A DNA stretch of 64,000 nucleotides, from contig NW_024704742.1 of the NCBI RefSeq assembly GCF_018977255.1, positions 38,752,001-38,816,000 of the forward strand, read 5' to 3'. The position numbers and the translations under genes were made by a program. This DNA comes from Callorhinchus milii (lineage: Eukaryota). Below are positions 12,856 to 26,437 of this stretch, piece by piece. Position 1 is the first letter of the stretch. Each line of letters begins with the position of its first letter. Below the pieces are notes generated by a model, which was not told the DNA's origin, did no database searches, and was given only the letters and a program-made list of their open reading frames with translations.

Positions 12856-13577
12856 GTCTATTCTCCATATCTCTAAATATCCTAAGTTTCCATTTACACA
12901 CTCATCTATCTCCCTCTTAAATAACTCAAGTGATTGGGCATTTGCGCAGCCGCCTCTGGAGCAGAGCACCCCACATTGACAGAAGCCTTTGTGTGGAGAT
13001 CTCGGAGCTTCCTATTTTACTTATACATATCTCTAGCTTAATATTATTTCTCGCTGCCCATTATAGCCCAACACATTTATGTTTTTACCCCTTCCGACTA
13101 AAATGGTTAATGTTTGACGCCTATTAATGGAATACAGACTCATTTCTGGATGTTATACGATACCTGGCCTGCAATCAGTGGCTTCTGCAAATTGCTAGCA
13201 TTGTTAGCCACCAATTCCATGGCTGTGGTGAGCTCAACTATTCATTTTATGTCACATTAAACTGTGCAAGCAAACACCGCTGGAACAATTAGTGCATATT
13301 TCACACAGTGATCTATCCATACTACAGTATTATGTCTTATGATGCACTGAGTGTAAATGCACAGCCACTGTTGCTGCCATATTGAACTGTAAAATGTAAA
13401 GCACTGCGGTTATACTGGGCTTAGATTTAAAATAACTTGTGGGAACTGTTGTTATTAGTTTGGACATCAGTCCTGATGGTTTGTATGGCTGGATTAATCT
13501 TTACTGGCACATGTACTATGAAAAATGGATCTCTATTTTAATCTGATTATTGGCCTGGATGCTAGAAGTCTTTTTTG

Positions 13578-13750
13578 AACACCACCTGAACAGTTAGACA
13601 GGAACTTGGTTTAACATTTCATCCGAAGGATGGCATTTCTCATGATGAGGCAAAACTGTAGCACTGTAATGGGAGTGTCAGCCTAGACCATGTGAATTTA
13701 AAGTCCTAACATGGACCTTGAACCCACAACTAACTGAGACAGGCTGAGCC
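13578..13750 (-). mobile_element. Deu-domain SINE 5' part
   Basis: TTGGTTTAACATTTCATCCGAAGGATGGCA..GGAGTGTCAGCCTAGA..CTTGAACCCACAAC. Confidence 0.8.
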
Positions 13751-13859
13751 ACCGTATTACCTTTAGAAAACTCCAACAACTTACAATGACTGTGTGAAAA
13801 AAATCTGTTTATTATGTTTTATTACAGTACCTCCAACTGTAATTTTCCTCTGTCCTTCA

Positions 13860-14068
13860 AGGGACCCTTATAAGAAGGTTAGACATTGCTTACCCATAAA
13901 CAATATTAGCTTTCAAAAAGGAACTAGGTAAATACCTAACAAGCAGTAAGCTACACGGGGAAGGGGAAAGTTCAGGTAAATTGACTTAAAAGGATGGCTC
14001 TTAAAAGAACCAGCACAAACACAATAGACTGAATTGCCTTCTTCTGTGTTGCAACTTATAATTCTAAT
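13860..14068 (+). mobile_element. CR1-type LINE terminal fragment
   Basis: TTTCAAAAAGGAACTAGGTAAATAC..GACTGAATTGCCTTCTTCTGTG. Confidence 0.55.
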
Positions 14069-14516
14069 ATTTCCCCATGGAAGTTTATGTTAAGACGATA
14101 ACATGTTTTGTAGTTATTCTTTTCTGTATTTTTTTCGAGTTAATATGATCTTTTTTGGGGGGGCCAGTGCTTTAAAGTGCCTTTAAAGTTCAGAGAGTCT
14201 TGGTGAGGGTTCACACCCATCAGCCTCTGCCACGTGGAATAAAACATAGCAGCAGCAAGATAAAACAAACACCGGGAAAGAAAAGAAATATCGCATAGTT
14301 ACTATTGGTTAATTAACTGCCGCAGGAAAAGGGTGTACCACAGATAGAAGCATAGTACATTCCAGTGAATAAAATGTTACCTATTGATTTAGTTTAAGTA
14401 GTGGTTAAGCTTTGAAAATTGTGACTCATTGTAATAAAATTAGCAACTTTTATGGAACAAGAAATCCTATTCAAATATCTGTATTTATCTAAACCAGTAA
14501 TTTTAAATTAGAGCAA

Positions 14517-14599
14517 GAAGGGGATGAGTCCTTCTATTTCTTTGATGCTTTCTTTGGAAGGAGGAGATGAGTTCTTCCATTTCTTTGATACTTTCTTTG
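14517..14599. repeat. Two-unit tandem duplication (~41 bp)
   Basis: GAAGGGGATGAGTCCTTCTATTTCTTTGATGCTTTCTTTG followed by GAAGGAGGAGATGAGTTCTTCCATTTCTTTGATACTTTCTTTG. Confidence 0.85.
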
Positions 14600-14674
14600 C
14601 TAAGCTGGTTTTCATGTGATGTCCTATCCGGCATTCTAGAAAAAAAATTAGCTTCATTTTTTTGTACTATTTTT

Positions 14675-14836
14675 TACTGTTTGTAGGACTTTGTTGTGTG
14701 CACATTGTGCTGCTGCATTTGTGTACAAAATACACAGTTTAGTAAACTTACCGTGAATCCTATGAAACACTTTAAGATGTCCTCCTGACCTGAAAGGCGC
14801 TGTATCAAACGTAAGGATTATTATTGTTATTATTAT
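14675..14836 (+). mobile_element. SINE tail-only fragment
   Basis: CTGTTTGTAGGAC..TATCAAACGTAAGGATTATTATT. Confidence 0.8.
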
Positions 14837-15429
14837 AAACAGCACCTCCTTAATGCCAGGCTTGGAGAATTAAACTTCTAAATTGAAAACATAGCTTAGA
14901 AAGCTAAATAGCCGCAGAAGATAAAACGATAGCTGTTTGATGATCTGTTGTGGCTTTGGAAGCTGATGAAAGTCAGTGGATGGATCCAAATGGCTAGGTG
15001 AATCCAGACCTCAACAGCAACTTTCTGAAGCCCTGTCTTAGGATGAAGTGAGTTCCATTGACTTCAGTGCTGTAAAAGGCCATATGTCTTTTCAGTGCCA
15101 AGGGAGTTCAAATTTAGAATCTGGATCATAACAATGTAATGCTTGTCAGTATCCAATAATATTTCTGCTAAAGCAGATTATTTGGCAGTTTGACTAAATC
15201 TGTATGATTTCATAGCTTATTGAACCTTAACAGATGGATTTGATCCATCCTCCAAGTAAAAGGAAACTAGGCGCGCAGGTAAGGGAAAACTAACCAGATG
15301 AAAATACCTGACTGGATGGTGATCTTGGGGATCACTGCGCTTCCCATGTGTATGGAAAATCCTTAACAATCACTAATAGGGTACTATCCCAACTTGCTTG
15401 TGAACAACCTTTTTGTTCTGCTTTCACTT

Positions 15430-15580
15430 CACTTCAAGGCTGTGGAATATTGCTGTGGCAAATTGGTTGCGGTGTTCACCTGCAATCACTACTTTTTACA
15501 GTAAATCCTGTGAAGTGCTTTGAGATGTCCTCCCAGTGTTGAAGACGCTATATCAAATGCAAGGATTGGTATTATTATTT
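15430..15580 (+). mobile_element. SINE tail-only fragment
   Basis: GCAAATTGGTTGC..CTATATCAAATGCAAGGATT. Confidence 0.8.
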
Positions 15581-16737
15581 TACGTAAGAAATTATTTCTC
15601 ATCAGGTTTCCTTGGACCACAAACACAGCCCTTTAGTTTACAGGGCTGACAGGTTGCTTGTTTATTGGGCTCCGTCATTGCTGCTCTGCAGGCAACGACT
15701 AGGGCAATAATGATGAACGTATGAGGCATGTGTACAGTGGCACACAGGCTAAATTGAGCAGAAGCAAAGATTTCACATTTAACATTGTGGTTCAGTGCTT
15801 TAGTGCACCAACATGTTAAATTACTTATTAACAAGCCTTTAGAACAAAATATAACACCTAATTTGCGAGAGCAAGAGGCTCAAAATACCACCCAGACTTT
15901 CTACATGAGACCATTTTGTCTTACAATTTAGGATCATGCGGATTTATGGAAAATCTTAAATTTAGTCTTCATTTGAAAGTTGGATTTCCACAGTTCTTAA
16001 AAAAACTGCCAAATAAAGACTGGATTTTCCACAAATCTGTGTGATCTTTAATATTGTGATAAAATGGTCTTCCAGACTAAGACTGGGCAGAATTGGGGCC
16101 TTAAATATCCATTTATTCTTATAAAAGGGATTGTAATAGCATGATTTGCACATGGACTGGCCAGTTTAGGAAATTTGACACTGGATGAATGAGTCTGCCA
16201 TAAGTTTTAGAATGAAGTGTATTTTCCAAAAATGTAGGACAACGTTAAAGCAACTTAACATTATGAGCTCAAAACTGTTGGCTGTTCAAACTTCCACTCA
16301 ACTGGCAAGCACTGAAGTGCCCTGATGAATTCCTGACATCATTCCCTTATAAGGACGTCAGTCATCCTTTAAATTTGTTAAGTCCTTTCTCCATTGCATT
16401 ACTTATTTTAATAAGACATTTAATGAGCTGTTAGGAGACAACAGGAAAAGGTATTGAAGTAATAAAATTGCTAAATTTACTTCTAAAGGCTCTGCTGCTG
16501 AGTCCACAGATGTAGTGTATTTGGAAATATAGCTGTCCAACATTGCTTTCTCTCTGTAATTAGGAGTTATATGTATCAGTGAAATGTTCAGACAATATTG
16601 CCAACAGCAGTGAGGCTCATCTGGGAGTTAAAGCAATGATTAGATTTGGTCTGTTTAAGGACCAAGTTGAACAAATTGCAAATCCTATCTACTTAAGTGC
16701 TGTGCGGTTCAATAGATGCTTGAAGTTCAAACCATAC

Positions 16738-17030
16738 ATCACAAGATCACAGGAGAGGTTCGGATGAAGAAAGTTCTTTGGCCCATTTGATATCATCTTT
16801 CCAAAACACGCATCACAGCTTTATTTCAAATGAGTCCAGCATCCTGGCTTCAACCATCTTTCCTGGTATTCCTCTACAGTTGTTTATTACCCTCTGGGTA
16901 AACAAATATTTCCTGAGATTGCTCTTTGCGATCGCAAACCTGTGTTCTCTTGTTTTGCTGTCTCAGTGCATCCCAAAATTCCACTTAGCCTTAGCCTGTA
17001 AAACCATTTAGTATTATAAAGGCTCATCCA
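16738..17030 (-). mobile_element. CR1-type LINE 3' fragment
   Basis: ATCACAAGATCACAGGAGAGGTTCGGATGAAGAAAG..GGCCCATTTGATATC; homologous to 41815. Confidence 0.75.
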
Positions 17031-18367
17031 GATTTGTGGAAAATTCTTCAGTCTTATCTTGGAAGTTAGTTTTTGTACATTTCGTAAAAGGAACCAACTT
17101 TAAAATTAAAACTAAACTGGTGTTTTTCACAATTCTGTATGACCATAATTTAAAGACTAACTGGTTTTATAGACTAGGACTAGCTGGAATTTGGAGCTTC
17201 ATGGAGTGTATTCTCACACCATCTACAACATGATTGGATCCACGGTAAAGCTTCATCTACTTTGTCCCAACAATGCCTCTCAGGCCCAACCTCAAAAGAC
17301 CTCTGTAACAGCATGAGTTTCCATTCACCACAGCATCCATCATATGGCCCTTCTTAATTTAGTACTGAATTAGGAGCAGTTTTGTGCTGTGCTCCTCTTT
17401 GGTAATCTTGTCTTAATCTTTAATATAAATGTCCTCATTGTTCCCCACCACTGAAACAGCACAATCTGTGCCTGCACCTGAGACAGATATAACCTCAGAC
17501 CAGTTCAGCATTTCCAAGCAACTCGAACTGGACTTGGGAACTCATTAAATTATGGATAAACTCCCTACAGTGCTGCTCCTCAAGTGGTCCATTTCATGGC
17601 TGCAATCTAGACATCACTCTGCTGCTACCTCTGGACGATAGAGTACCACCTCAAGAGATTCTTTTTGCCCACATCATGGGTGGGTTGAGCACCATCTTAC
17701 CCATTCAAGGCTGCCCGGCAGTATTTGCAACACTGTTCTGTATGATCTTCCTCAGAGATTGGGAGAAATTCACGCCTAGAAAATAAAGCATATCACCACT
17801 TGTGACTTGGAAACAACTTATGGGTATTGCGTTCTTCAGCTGTTGCCAATAGTGCTGTGAAATTGGGTCCCAGCAGTGCAGTGTGAATATGCAACCAGCA
17901 GTTCTGGGTGTTACAGAACTGCTTCTATTTCATAAAGATGGGGTTAGGTGGGACAAACTTCTTAAAGAATCCCTTTAATTCAGCATGGCTGCTGGTGCCT
18001 ATATTGCAGTTAAATTGTAATTTGCTCTTAAGAAGTTGTTCAAATGGGCAGTGGCTGCTGCTTGCTGTGCTGTTTTGATTAAATTCACTAGGTTTCATGC
18101 TGTACCATCCCATGGTGATAATCCTGTCCATTTCAATAATCCAAAGTAACAAGTCACTTTCTCAATGCTCCGGTGGGTAAAGATTTTGACCATAGAAGCA
18201 CTGAGCTAAGTTGGTTTCAACTGTTTGGGATATGGGGCCGCTCCCGGGGGAGGGGGGTGGGTGTCGGTGGTGGATCCAGGGCTCATGCTCCTGATTGATA
18301 TCTGGTACTTACTGCTGAGAAGTGCACACGTCTGTATATCAGGTGAGGACAAGATTCAGTTTGTGGT

Positions 18368-18614
18368 AATAATAATAATAATAATCCTTGCATTTGATCT
18401 AGCACCTTATCACATTGTTGAGATGTCTTAAAGCGCTTCACAGAATATACTGTAAAGTGGATTGATTGTATTTTGTGGGTGAAACACAGCAGCCAATTGC
18501 ACACAGTAGTATCCCACAAACAGTCATGGATTGAGTTACCAATTTTTTTTGAAGAGATTATTATCCTCGTAAAGCAATCCGCCAATCAGCTAACAACCAG
18601 GTTCCTACTTGCTA
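18368..18614 (-). mobile_element. tRNA-SINE long form, 5'-truncated
   Basis: (AAT)n AATCCTTGCATTTGAT..ATCCGCCAATCAGCTAACAACCAGGTTCCTACTT. Confidence 0.85.
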
Positions 18615-19319
18615 ACCACTACACCATACATGTGATACCTCCCACCATCCCCCTGCTCCCACCCTCTGTGTTCAACAGCTGTTCGACACTCACTGCTTCT
18701 GACTGCACGTGAATGAGAGTCACTTGGATGACTTGAGGCTCTGGGTGCTGTATGCCAACAAGAGGAAAGAAAATTGAGGGGGGGTGGGGGGAAGGAAAGA
18801 AACCAAACAAACAAATAAATCTAATTGTTTCCCAGAAAGGTGATGATTCACGGCAATTCATTGAAACAACACATGATATGAGGCCATTGCAGACTTACTG
18901 CCATACTGAAAGCTTTATATTTACAGACGTCTCTCCACTAATCCCCGGTGTTATTGTGTCTGAGGGCCCTTGTTTCGGATGGCACAGTAGGCGATTGTCT
19001 GATGTGGTGCAGTCTCCTACCTCATAACCAAAAAACCTGAATGTCAAATTCCAGACTCATTTCAACCGCAGGAGAAATCACACACTTAAACAGGATATTA
19101 GTAATCTGAGTCACTGCAGCACTGGAATGGACAAGAATGTCTTTCCAGCTTCTTGTGAATTCTGACAGAATCTCTCAACTTTAGGCAATAGAACAAATCA
19201 AATGAAACCAGTATGATTTTCACACTGTTTCCACTTGTTGGTGAGCCCATAACAAGTGGCATAACTTTAAAACAGCCAGTAGCAGAACTAAGAGAGTTGA
19301 GGTGAAACGTTATTGACGG

Positions 19320-19535
19320 AGGGTGAGAATGTGGAGCCCACTGTCAGAAGCTCTGGTTGAAACAGAAACCATCAATATTTTTAAGAGGAAACTCAATGCA
19401 CACATGGGGGAGATGGGTATAGAGGGGTAGAGGAGGGAGGATAGGAAAGGATAATTGGGAAGGTTGGAGACTCTTGTGGAGTATAAACATTGGCATGGAT
19501 TAGTTGTGCCAAATGGACTGTATCCATACTGTACA
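19320..19535 (+). mobile_element. CR1-type LINE terminal fragment
   Basis: GGGTGAGAATGTGGAGCCCACTG..TTTAAGAGGAAACTCAATGCACAC..GCCAAATGGACTGT. Confidence 0.65.
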
Positions 19536-20103
19536 GTCAGTGCAAGTCTGTAATTTGTTACAAATTTTTGAATGAAATGGCTCACTTGCTGCCCATTTTA
19601 CTTTTTTAATGATATCATCATTCTTATTTTGTTTGCATCAGGAAGCATAGTGAAGGGCTGAGGTCCATAGCACAGCTACGAGTAAGGTTGAAAAGGAAAT
19701 AGGAGAGAGGGCGAGATAAATTAAGAAGCAGTGGGCAGGTGGCACCAAGCTTGGGTTTCAAAAGGCGGCAGCAGGAATGGAAGACTGAAGGAATGAAAGC
19801 TTTTTTTTAGATCGATCCAGTTCTTGTTTTAGTAGTTTAGTCAAGTGGATAATCTCACGAATCAGCACAGCCTTATTACTATTGAGGCTGAATGGAGAGT
19901 GGAGTTAGTCACTTTGTTTTTCTAACTGAAAGATGCATGCAGCAGATGTCAATGTAAAATAGAAAGCTACTTGGGAAGTAAGGGTATTAATGCTTATGGA
20001 GAAAAGATGACAAAAAGAAATGCAATTAAAATATCTGCCACAATCTAATAAACAGTTGGAACAGATATCCATGGCATTTTAAGCCAGAAAATCAGGAAAA
20101 AAT

Positions 20104-20334
20104 CCATTCTCTTTTCGAATAGTGCCATGGGATCTTTAACATCCACTTGAACAGGCGGAGGGGATCTCGGTTTAAAGACTCATCCAAAGGACGGCACCAC
20201 TGACAATGCAGCACTTCAACAGCACTGCACTGGGGTGTTAGCCCAGACGATGTGAGTTCAAAGACTTGACATGGGGCTTGAACCCGTAGCCTTCTGATTC
20301 AGAGAAGAGAGTGTTACCAATGGAACCAGACTGA
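20104..20334 (-). mobile_element. Deu-domain SINE 5' part
   Basis: TTCGAATAGTGCCATGGGATCTTTAACATCCACTTGAACAGG..CTTGAACCCGTAGCCTTCTGA. Confidence 0.88.
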
Positions 20335-21494
20335 ATATGTCTGAGCCGGACTGTGTCCTGTGTTCATATGTTCAGCGCTGGAAAAAAAACATATCTCTTT
20401 ATGTGGAAGATACAGGAGATGCAGCGAGATTGCTCACATTGTGGTGAGTGTGCCATACGCTTGTGCATTGTGCAATGAAGCTTCAATTTCATTGCTTTCC
20501 AACTGGGGATGATTTACGTGACCACATTTGACTGCAGGTTACTTGAGGTCACCGTCAGCTCCACCGCAGCCACTACTTTAAGGTTATTAATTTTTTTCCC
20601 CCAAATCATCCTAACATGCACTGGAAACCAGATAAAAGGTTATAGTAAATTATAAAGTTAGCAATGATTGACCAATAAATAAATCAGATCATGCCATTCA
20701 CAGTGAAGTTAACCACTAGGGCCTCAGAGGCGTGGGTTTCTTATTTACTTCCTGATGTCTTTCTTTGGCAAGGCCATCACTATCCTTTAGGGGCCTCACT
20801 GTCACATTGAGATGCTATCAATGTTATTTTTTTATATTGTGTAAAATGACAAAATAAAACACGAGCAAAGCTGCTGTAGCTCAGAGCCAGAACCCACAAA
20901 AGTGCTCACTGTATCAGTGTAAGAGGCTAAGGACTCCTAGAGGTAGGGAGTTCCTTGGTTCAGCCAATGAAGCTTATTAATTTTAAAGTGGATCACAATC
21001 TAATCGGCATTTCATATGCTGACAGATAATGGGTCCCTTGGTAAAATCCAGCATTGAGAAGTTCAAAATCTAGACTTAGCCTTAAATGTCATTAACAAAG
21101 CACCATAGCTCCTCTCTTATCATATGCACAAAACCCCACATTCAGCCTTTGAACATTGTAGATCCTTTCTGGCTTCCATTACTTGTCAAGATTTGAAATG
21201 TTTACCATTGCTAATTTAATGGTCAAAATTTAGGATGCGACAGGTTGACTGACAGCTGATATCTGTTAACATTTGCGAACTCAGTTCAAGGTTATTTCAG
21301 TTGAATTCTTTAGCATGGTTAGTTTAGAACCCTACTCTGGTTAGTTTCTCTGCGAGTTAATGTTCTTCAGCCTATGATTTGCTACTTATATATTATCAGA
21401 GCAAATACTTTCTTGAAAGAATCTCCACTTCCAATTTAGATGAAGCTTAAAAGGTTACAATTAAATTTTTATTCTGTACAGATAATCATGATAG

Positions 21495-22380
21495 ATAATA
21501 ATAACCCTTGTATTTAGTATAACGCCTTTCACATCAGGACAATGTCCCAACTTACTTCATGGGATACACTGAGTGGGGTGACTGTATATCTGTGGACGAA
21601 TGTGTGTCAGCTTGGCTCAGTTGTTATCACGCTCACTTCAGAGTCATAAGAATGTCAGTTCAAGACTATGTTGGGGACTTGATCTTGTGAAGATCACTAG
21701 CATTCCAGTGAAGTGCTGTTCAGAAGGTTATGGGTTCAAGCCCACATCAGGACTTTTAACTAATATGCTCTGGTGCTCTAATGCAATTAGTTGGTATGCT
21801 GATTTGGCAAAAGTTGCTCTTCTTTGGATTGGACATGAAATATCTACTTGTTTAAGTGGATGTTAAAGATCCCATAACACTATTCGGAAAACAGAAGGGA
21901 GTTTTGTATGGTGTACTAATCAGCAATTCTGCAAATAAAATTGGTCATTCATTTACTAACTTCATGGCTGTTTGTTGGACACTGATATGTGCTAATGGGC
22001 TGCCACATTTGCCTACAAATACATTGTCACTACACTTTACAATATTATCCTGAAATGCTTTAATGAGACGTTCTCCTGATGTGAGAGGATTATTATTATA
22101 ATTTGATATGGTGCTTTTCATGTCTTCTAGACGTCTCAAAGCGAGTCACAGAATATACTGTAAAGTGAATTGACTGTATATATGTGAATGAAATATTTAC
22201 ATTATTATATATTATTGGTAAAACCTGTAGTATATATTGGTCATTTACTTCATAGGACATTGCTGTGTGCAAATTCACTGCCACACTTGCTTACAAATAA
22301 ATAGACAACAATTACCTTTGAGGCACTATGAGATTTTTCAACATTATAGGTGATACATCGAATACAAAGGTTATAATTCT
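21495..22380. mobile_element. Cluster of SINE pieces: minus tail (21495-21595), plus Deu-SINE with doubled head (21603-22098), minus tail (22098-22185), plus tail (22235-22380)
   Basis: Tail and Deu motifs recur in both orientations. Confidence 0.8.
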
Positions 22381-22553
22381 AAACTAAGCAAAGGTGTTAG
22401 GTTGCAAAATGAACCATAGACTTGATTTTACCCAGAGAGATTGACACGGGGCTTTTTTGTCAGCAGCAAATTAGCGGCTGAGTGAATGTAAAATCTTCCT
22501 TCACTGATGGGAACTGTAAAAGTAAAGTGAATGGATACGAGCCACCATTTTGT

Positions 22554-22887
22554 GGAGTCCTGTAGCTCAGTGGTTAGAGCACTCGCTTTGCAAGCGAGAG
22601 ACTTGAATTCAATTCCAGGCAGAGGGCGAAACCTTGGGCAAGTTTCCTTACTCCACACACAGCCTAATAATAATCCCTCCAAAACCCAAAACAATAAATA
22701 ATTGGTCATTTTCAATCTACGACTGTTTGTGGGACATTGCTGTGCGCAATTGGCTGCCGCGTTCGCCCACAAATATATACAGTCAATTCACTTTACAGTG
22801 TGTTCTGTGAAGCGCTTTGGGACGTCCTCCCGACATGAAAAGCGCTATATCAAATGCAAGGATTATTATTATTATTATTATTTTATT
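22554..22887 (+). mobile_element. tRNA-derived SINE, short young form, full length
   Basis: Intact A box; anticodon-like arm CTCGC-TTTGCAA-GCGAG; CpGs retained; (ATT)n tail; near-identical to 43993-44319. Confidence 0.95.
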
Positions 22888-23869
22888 AACTTGTTTTACA
22901 GGACAGGTTTTTTTGGGGGGTGGGAGATTATTCTTCATTTAGAAAACAAACCTCCGATGTTATTTTAAAGATAATTTCAGATGCAAATTTAGATGTACAA
23001 TTTGCATATAAGTGATTTATAATCCACTCAAGAAGATATAAAGTTGTTTGGATAAATACAATGTGGGAGAGATGTTACTTAAAGACACTCAGGTTTGTGA
23101 CTCATGTAGAATAATGTATGTATACAGAGGCCTGTTGACACTACACAACACCAGCATCTGGAACCACTAAAGTACTTGTTCCGAGACTATAAACCAGATT
23201 TATCAGGAACATTTCAAGGAATCACATTAGGAAATGAATGTCTCTATCTGATTAGATATAATATAAGGCAGTGAAAGGATAATACTTGAATTGAAAGGTG
23301 TGTGGGAATGAACTGGATCTGTGTTGGTGAAGTAGGTGGGAAATGGGGCTTAACTCCCCCCCACCACCCCATAATAAATGTTTTGTCTGATTTTGTTTGA
23401 CAAATAGAGAGACTAAGTAAGCGGTTGAGCAATGAATCCTTTCTGTGCTCAACTTGTGTGAATAAGGAACAAAATCAGAATGTTATCTTTTGCTTCAAGC
23501 TCTGTGGGGTAACCTGTACAAAATATAACTTTAAATAGTGGAACAGCATATAAGTTCATGGAATGAACTGCAAATATATTAATGGATTTCTGTAATTCTA
23601 TCAAAATATATAGATTATATGATAACCGTAAACAGTTTATTGCTTGTGTAAAACCCTTGAGTTTCAGTATCATATCTGTCTCTTTTGATGTAGTTACCTT
23701 TGGTTCCTGAGACAGGATATTTTGCATAATTGCTTTCAGGGGTCAGTAAAGCATCCGTTGTATAAAATACGTAAACAAAATAGCAAAAAATCCCTAAAAG
23801 TAATCTGGGTTTCACATACTGATTCTCTTTACACATGTGGTTCTGGGAGCTTTCTACTCCTCACTGTAC

Positions 23870-24140
23870 TGATCACAAGATCAAAAGATTGATTTGGATG
23901 AACAAGGCACTTTGGTTCATCTGATCTCATCCCTGTGTATACCCACCCTACCATCTCCCATCGCAGCACCAAGCTGCTTTTTAAATGAGTCCAGTGTTGT
24001 ATCCTCCATCTTCCTAGCAACCTGTTCCAGTTTTTAATCACACTCTGGGTAAAGAAAATCTTCCTGGTGGCTGTCCTGAAATTGCTCTTTGTAACTGTAA
24101 ATCTATGTCCTCTTGTTCTATTGTCTTGGTGCAGCTTAAA
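23870..24140 (-). mobile_element. CR1-type LINE 3' fragment
   Basis: GATCACAAGATC..GGATGAACAAGGC..CTCTGGGTAAAGAAAATCTTCCTGG..GTCCTGAAATTGCTCTTTG. Confidence 0.75.
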
Positions 24141-24344
24141 TCAAAAGGAAGACACAATTTTCTACATTTACAACCTTGTTTTTAATGTGTGTGAACCTGC
24201 AATGCTAAATACAATGCACCCAACACTTAGAGAAGTGAATTGTCAACCCATCACTGTGGGGTACAAATTGTAACCTGTTAGCAAGGTGACACCAAAACGA
24301 TTAAGACAACATACAAGGGCGAGGTTCAGCCCTCCCACATCAGC

Positions 24345-24490
24345 ATCAAATTGGCTGTTGGATCCTGCCTACAAATTGACAGTCGCTATTCCTTACCACA
24401 ATTCCCTGTGAAATTCTTTGGGACATTTCAAAATAACAGATCTGTATCAAATGCAGGGATTATTGTTGTTAATAATTATCATTATTATCC
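24345..24490 (+). mobile_element. SINE tail-only fragment
   Basis: CAAATTGGCTG..TATCAAATGCAGGGATTATT. Confidence 0.7.
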
Positions 24491-25454
24491 TTTTATTTGA
24501 ATACATGACATGCCAATTTTGACATTCAGGAGGGTGTTGGAATCATAAACGTGTTATTAATATCTGGCTGTAGTTTTCAACAATATGTCAATTAATACTG
24601 GTGTTGGTTAATACACCACAGGTTGCAATTTTCACCCCAGTTTCATTTCAAGTTCCCAATAGCTGAAGGGTGAAATATTCCTCACTTCACTACATGTCAA
24701 CAATGTTCAATCATTTCCCTTGCAGTAGGAGACATGGGGAGTGATTACAAGGTGCTGCCTTTTCAATTGACAGCCATTTTGAGCTCCATACTTTGGCCAA
24801 GGCAAACCTAATGACAGCAATAACTGCAGACATGACCTACATGTGGTTTGCTTTAGGAAGTCATTTTAAGCAGTCAAACATATGGTGCACTTGAGAGGCT
24901 GGTTTGTGTTACTAGTAAGTGCTGTTTATTTATTTTGAACATGGAGCCTGCAATATTCCTTTAATGTGGGGAGATCACCGTCAGAAATGGCACATTTCCT
25001 GACTAATGGAGCAGTAACGTGGTAATGGAAGAGACTGTTTTTCTTCTTTTAAAGGCTCACAAAATGTTAGTAAGAGTCAACAAGAAAACTGCTGTCCCGA
25101 TCTGATAAAGGTCCATCAGTACGAGGTCTGTTTTTCACATGTCCTTAGACTGAATGACAGAGCCTGCCAGATTGTGCCATTATTTTGCCAATCCTCATAA
25201 AACAGTATCCCAATAAGAACATTGTCAGCCCTAATGATGGCTGAGGCAGAAAGTTCTGCACTCATGGAGGGTGGAGGAGAAGCTGTAGAAGACATTTATT
25301 ATTGCTGTACCAGGTTGGTTAGAAAACTTATAAGTCTCATGGATGACGTTAGATTCAAAGGATATCATCCCACCCTCCTGAGTGAGAGATGTGTTGAACT
25401 GATTCTCAGCTAAGCGTTCCTGCTCTCTTGATTCATTTCACTAAAATGAATTTG

Positions 25455-25577
25455 TTTTGCCCACAAAATACACAGTCAATCCATTTCACGATATATTCTG
25501 TGAAGCCCTTTGAAACATCTCAAAGACGTGATAAGGCACTACATCAAATGCAAGGATTATCATCATTATTATTATTA
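25455..25577 (+). mobile_element. SINE tail-only fragment
   Basis: GCCCACAAAATACACAGTCAAT..ATCAAATGCAAGGATTAT. Confidence 0.85.
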
Positions 25578-25837
25578 AAACAAACTGGCCGAATAACTGG
25601 TTAGGAAAGCGATTGAGGTTTATAACAAGAATCATGGGAGTAAAGTTTAGGCCATTTCATAATGCATTCCTTGTGTAAATTAGCATTAGAAACACATCAA
25701 GAAATGTACAAACTTTATCCTTGACAATATGTTGGCGTACACCGGGCTATTAAGCTGCTGGTTGCCGTTAGGCCGACATTCTTTAAAATCCCGCTTGCTG
25801 CCTCCCCTATCTGTTGTCAGTGAGGCAGACCAGCGGT

Positions 25838-26000
25838 AATAATAATCCTTGCCTTATCATGTCTTTGAGATGTCTCAAAGCGCTTCACAGAATATACTGT
25901 GAATTGACTGTATATTTATGGGCGAAACACGGCAGCCAATTGTGTACAGCAGCGTCCCACAAACAGCCGTTGATTAAGTGACCAAATTATTATTATTTAT
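25838..26000 (-). mobile_element. SINE tail-only fragment
   Basis: AATAATCCTTG..AAAGCGCTTCACAGAATATACTG..GTGACCAAATT. Confidence 0.85.
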
Positions 26001-26187
26001 TATCATGAAATTAAAGGAAACTGGCTTTTTTTGGTCAGTTTTCTCATAGGCAGTGCCCATCTACTGTTTTTGGGGCTGGAAAATAGAATTTAAAATTGAA
26101 ATTCCTTTGAATTCGACCATTGTGCCGTGGCTGTATGGGGTAATTATCACACCACACATGACATTTTTCATCTCATAGTTTCTGGAA

Positions 26188-26437
26188 GGTCAGGACACCC
26201 GAGTAACTCCCTTCACTTTTCAAATATTGCCATGGGATGTTCAACAACCACCTCAACAGATAGACGGCACCTCAGATTAATGTCTCATCCAAAGGATGGC
26301 ACCATCAACATTGCAGTGCTCCCTCAGCACTTGCATTGGAGTGCCAGTCTAGACTTTGTGAGTTAAAAGCCCCAACACGGGGCTTGAACCCACAGACTTC
26401 TCACTCGGAAAGTGGTACCAACTAAGGCAGGCTGACA
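26188..26437 (-). mobile_element. Deu-domain SINE 5' part
   Basis: GCCATGGGAT..TCTCATCCAAAGGATGGCACC..CTCCCTCAGCAC..GGGGCTTGAACCCACA..GGCTGACA. Confidence 0.85.

Noticed and set aside
14517..14599. Short tandem repeats as a CRISPR-like array
   Set aside because: Only two units, no spacers, eukaryotic context and no cas genes
22554..22628. tRNA-Ala-like sequence as a real tRNA gene
   Set aside because: No proper acceptor stem; it continues into a SINE body and tail and recurs in several diverged copies
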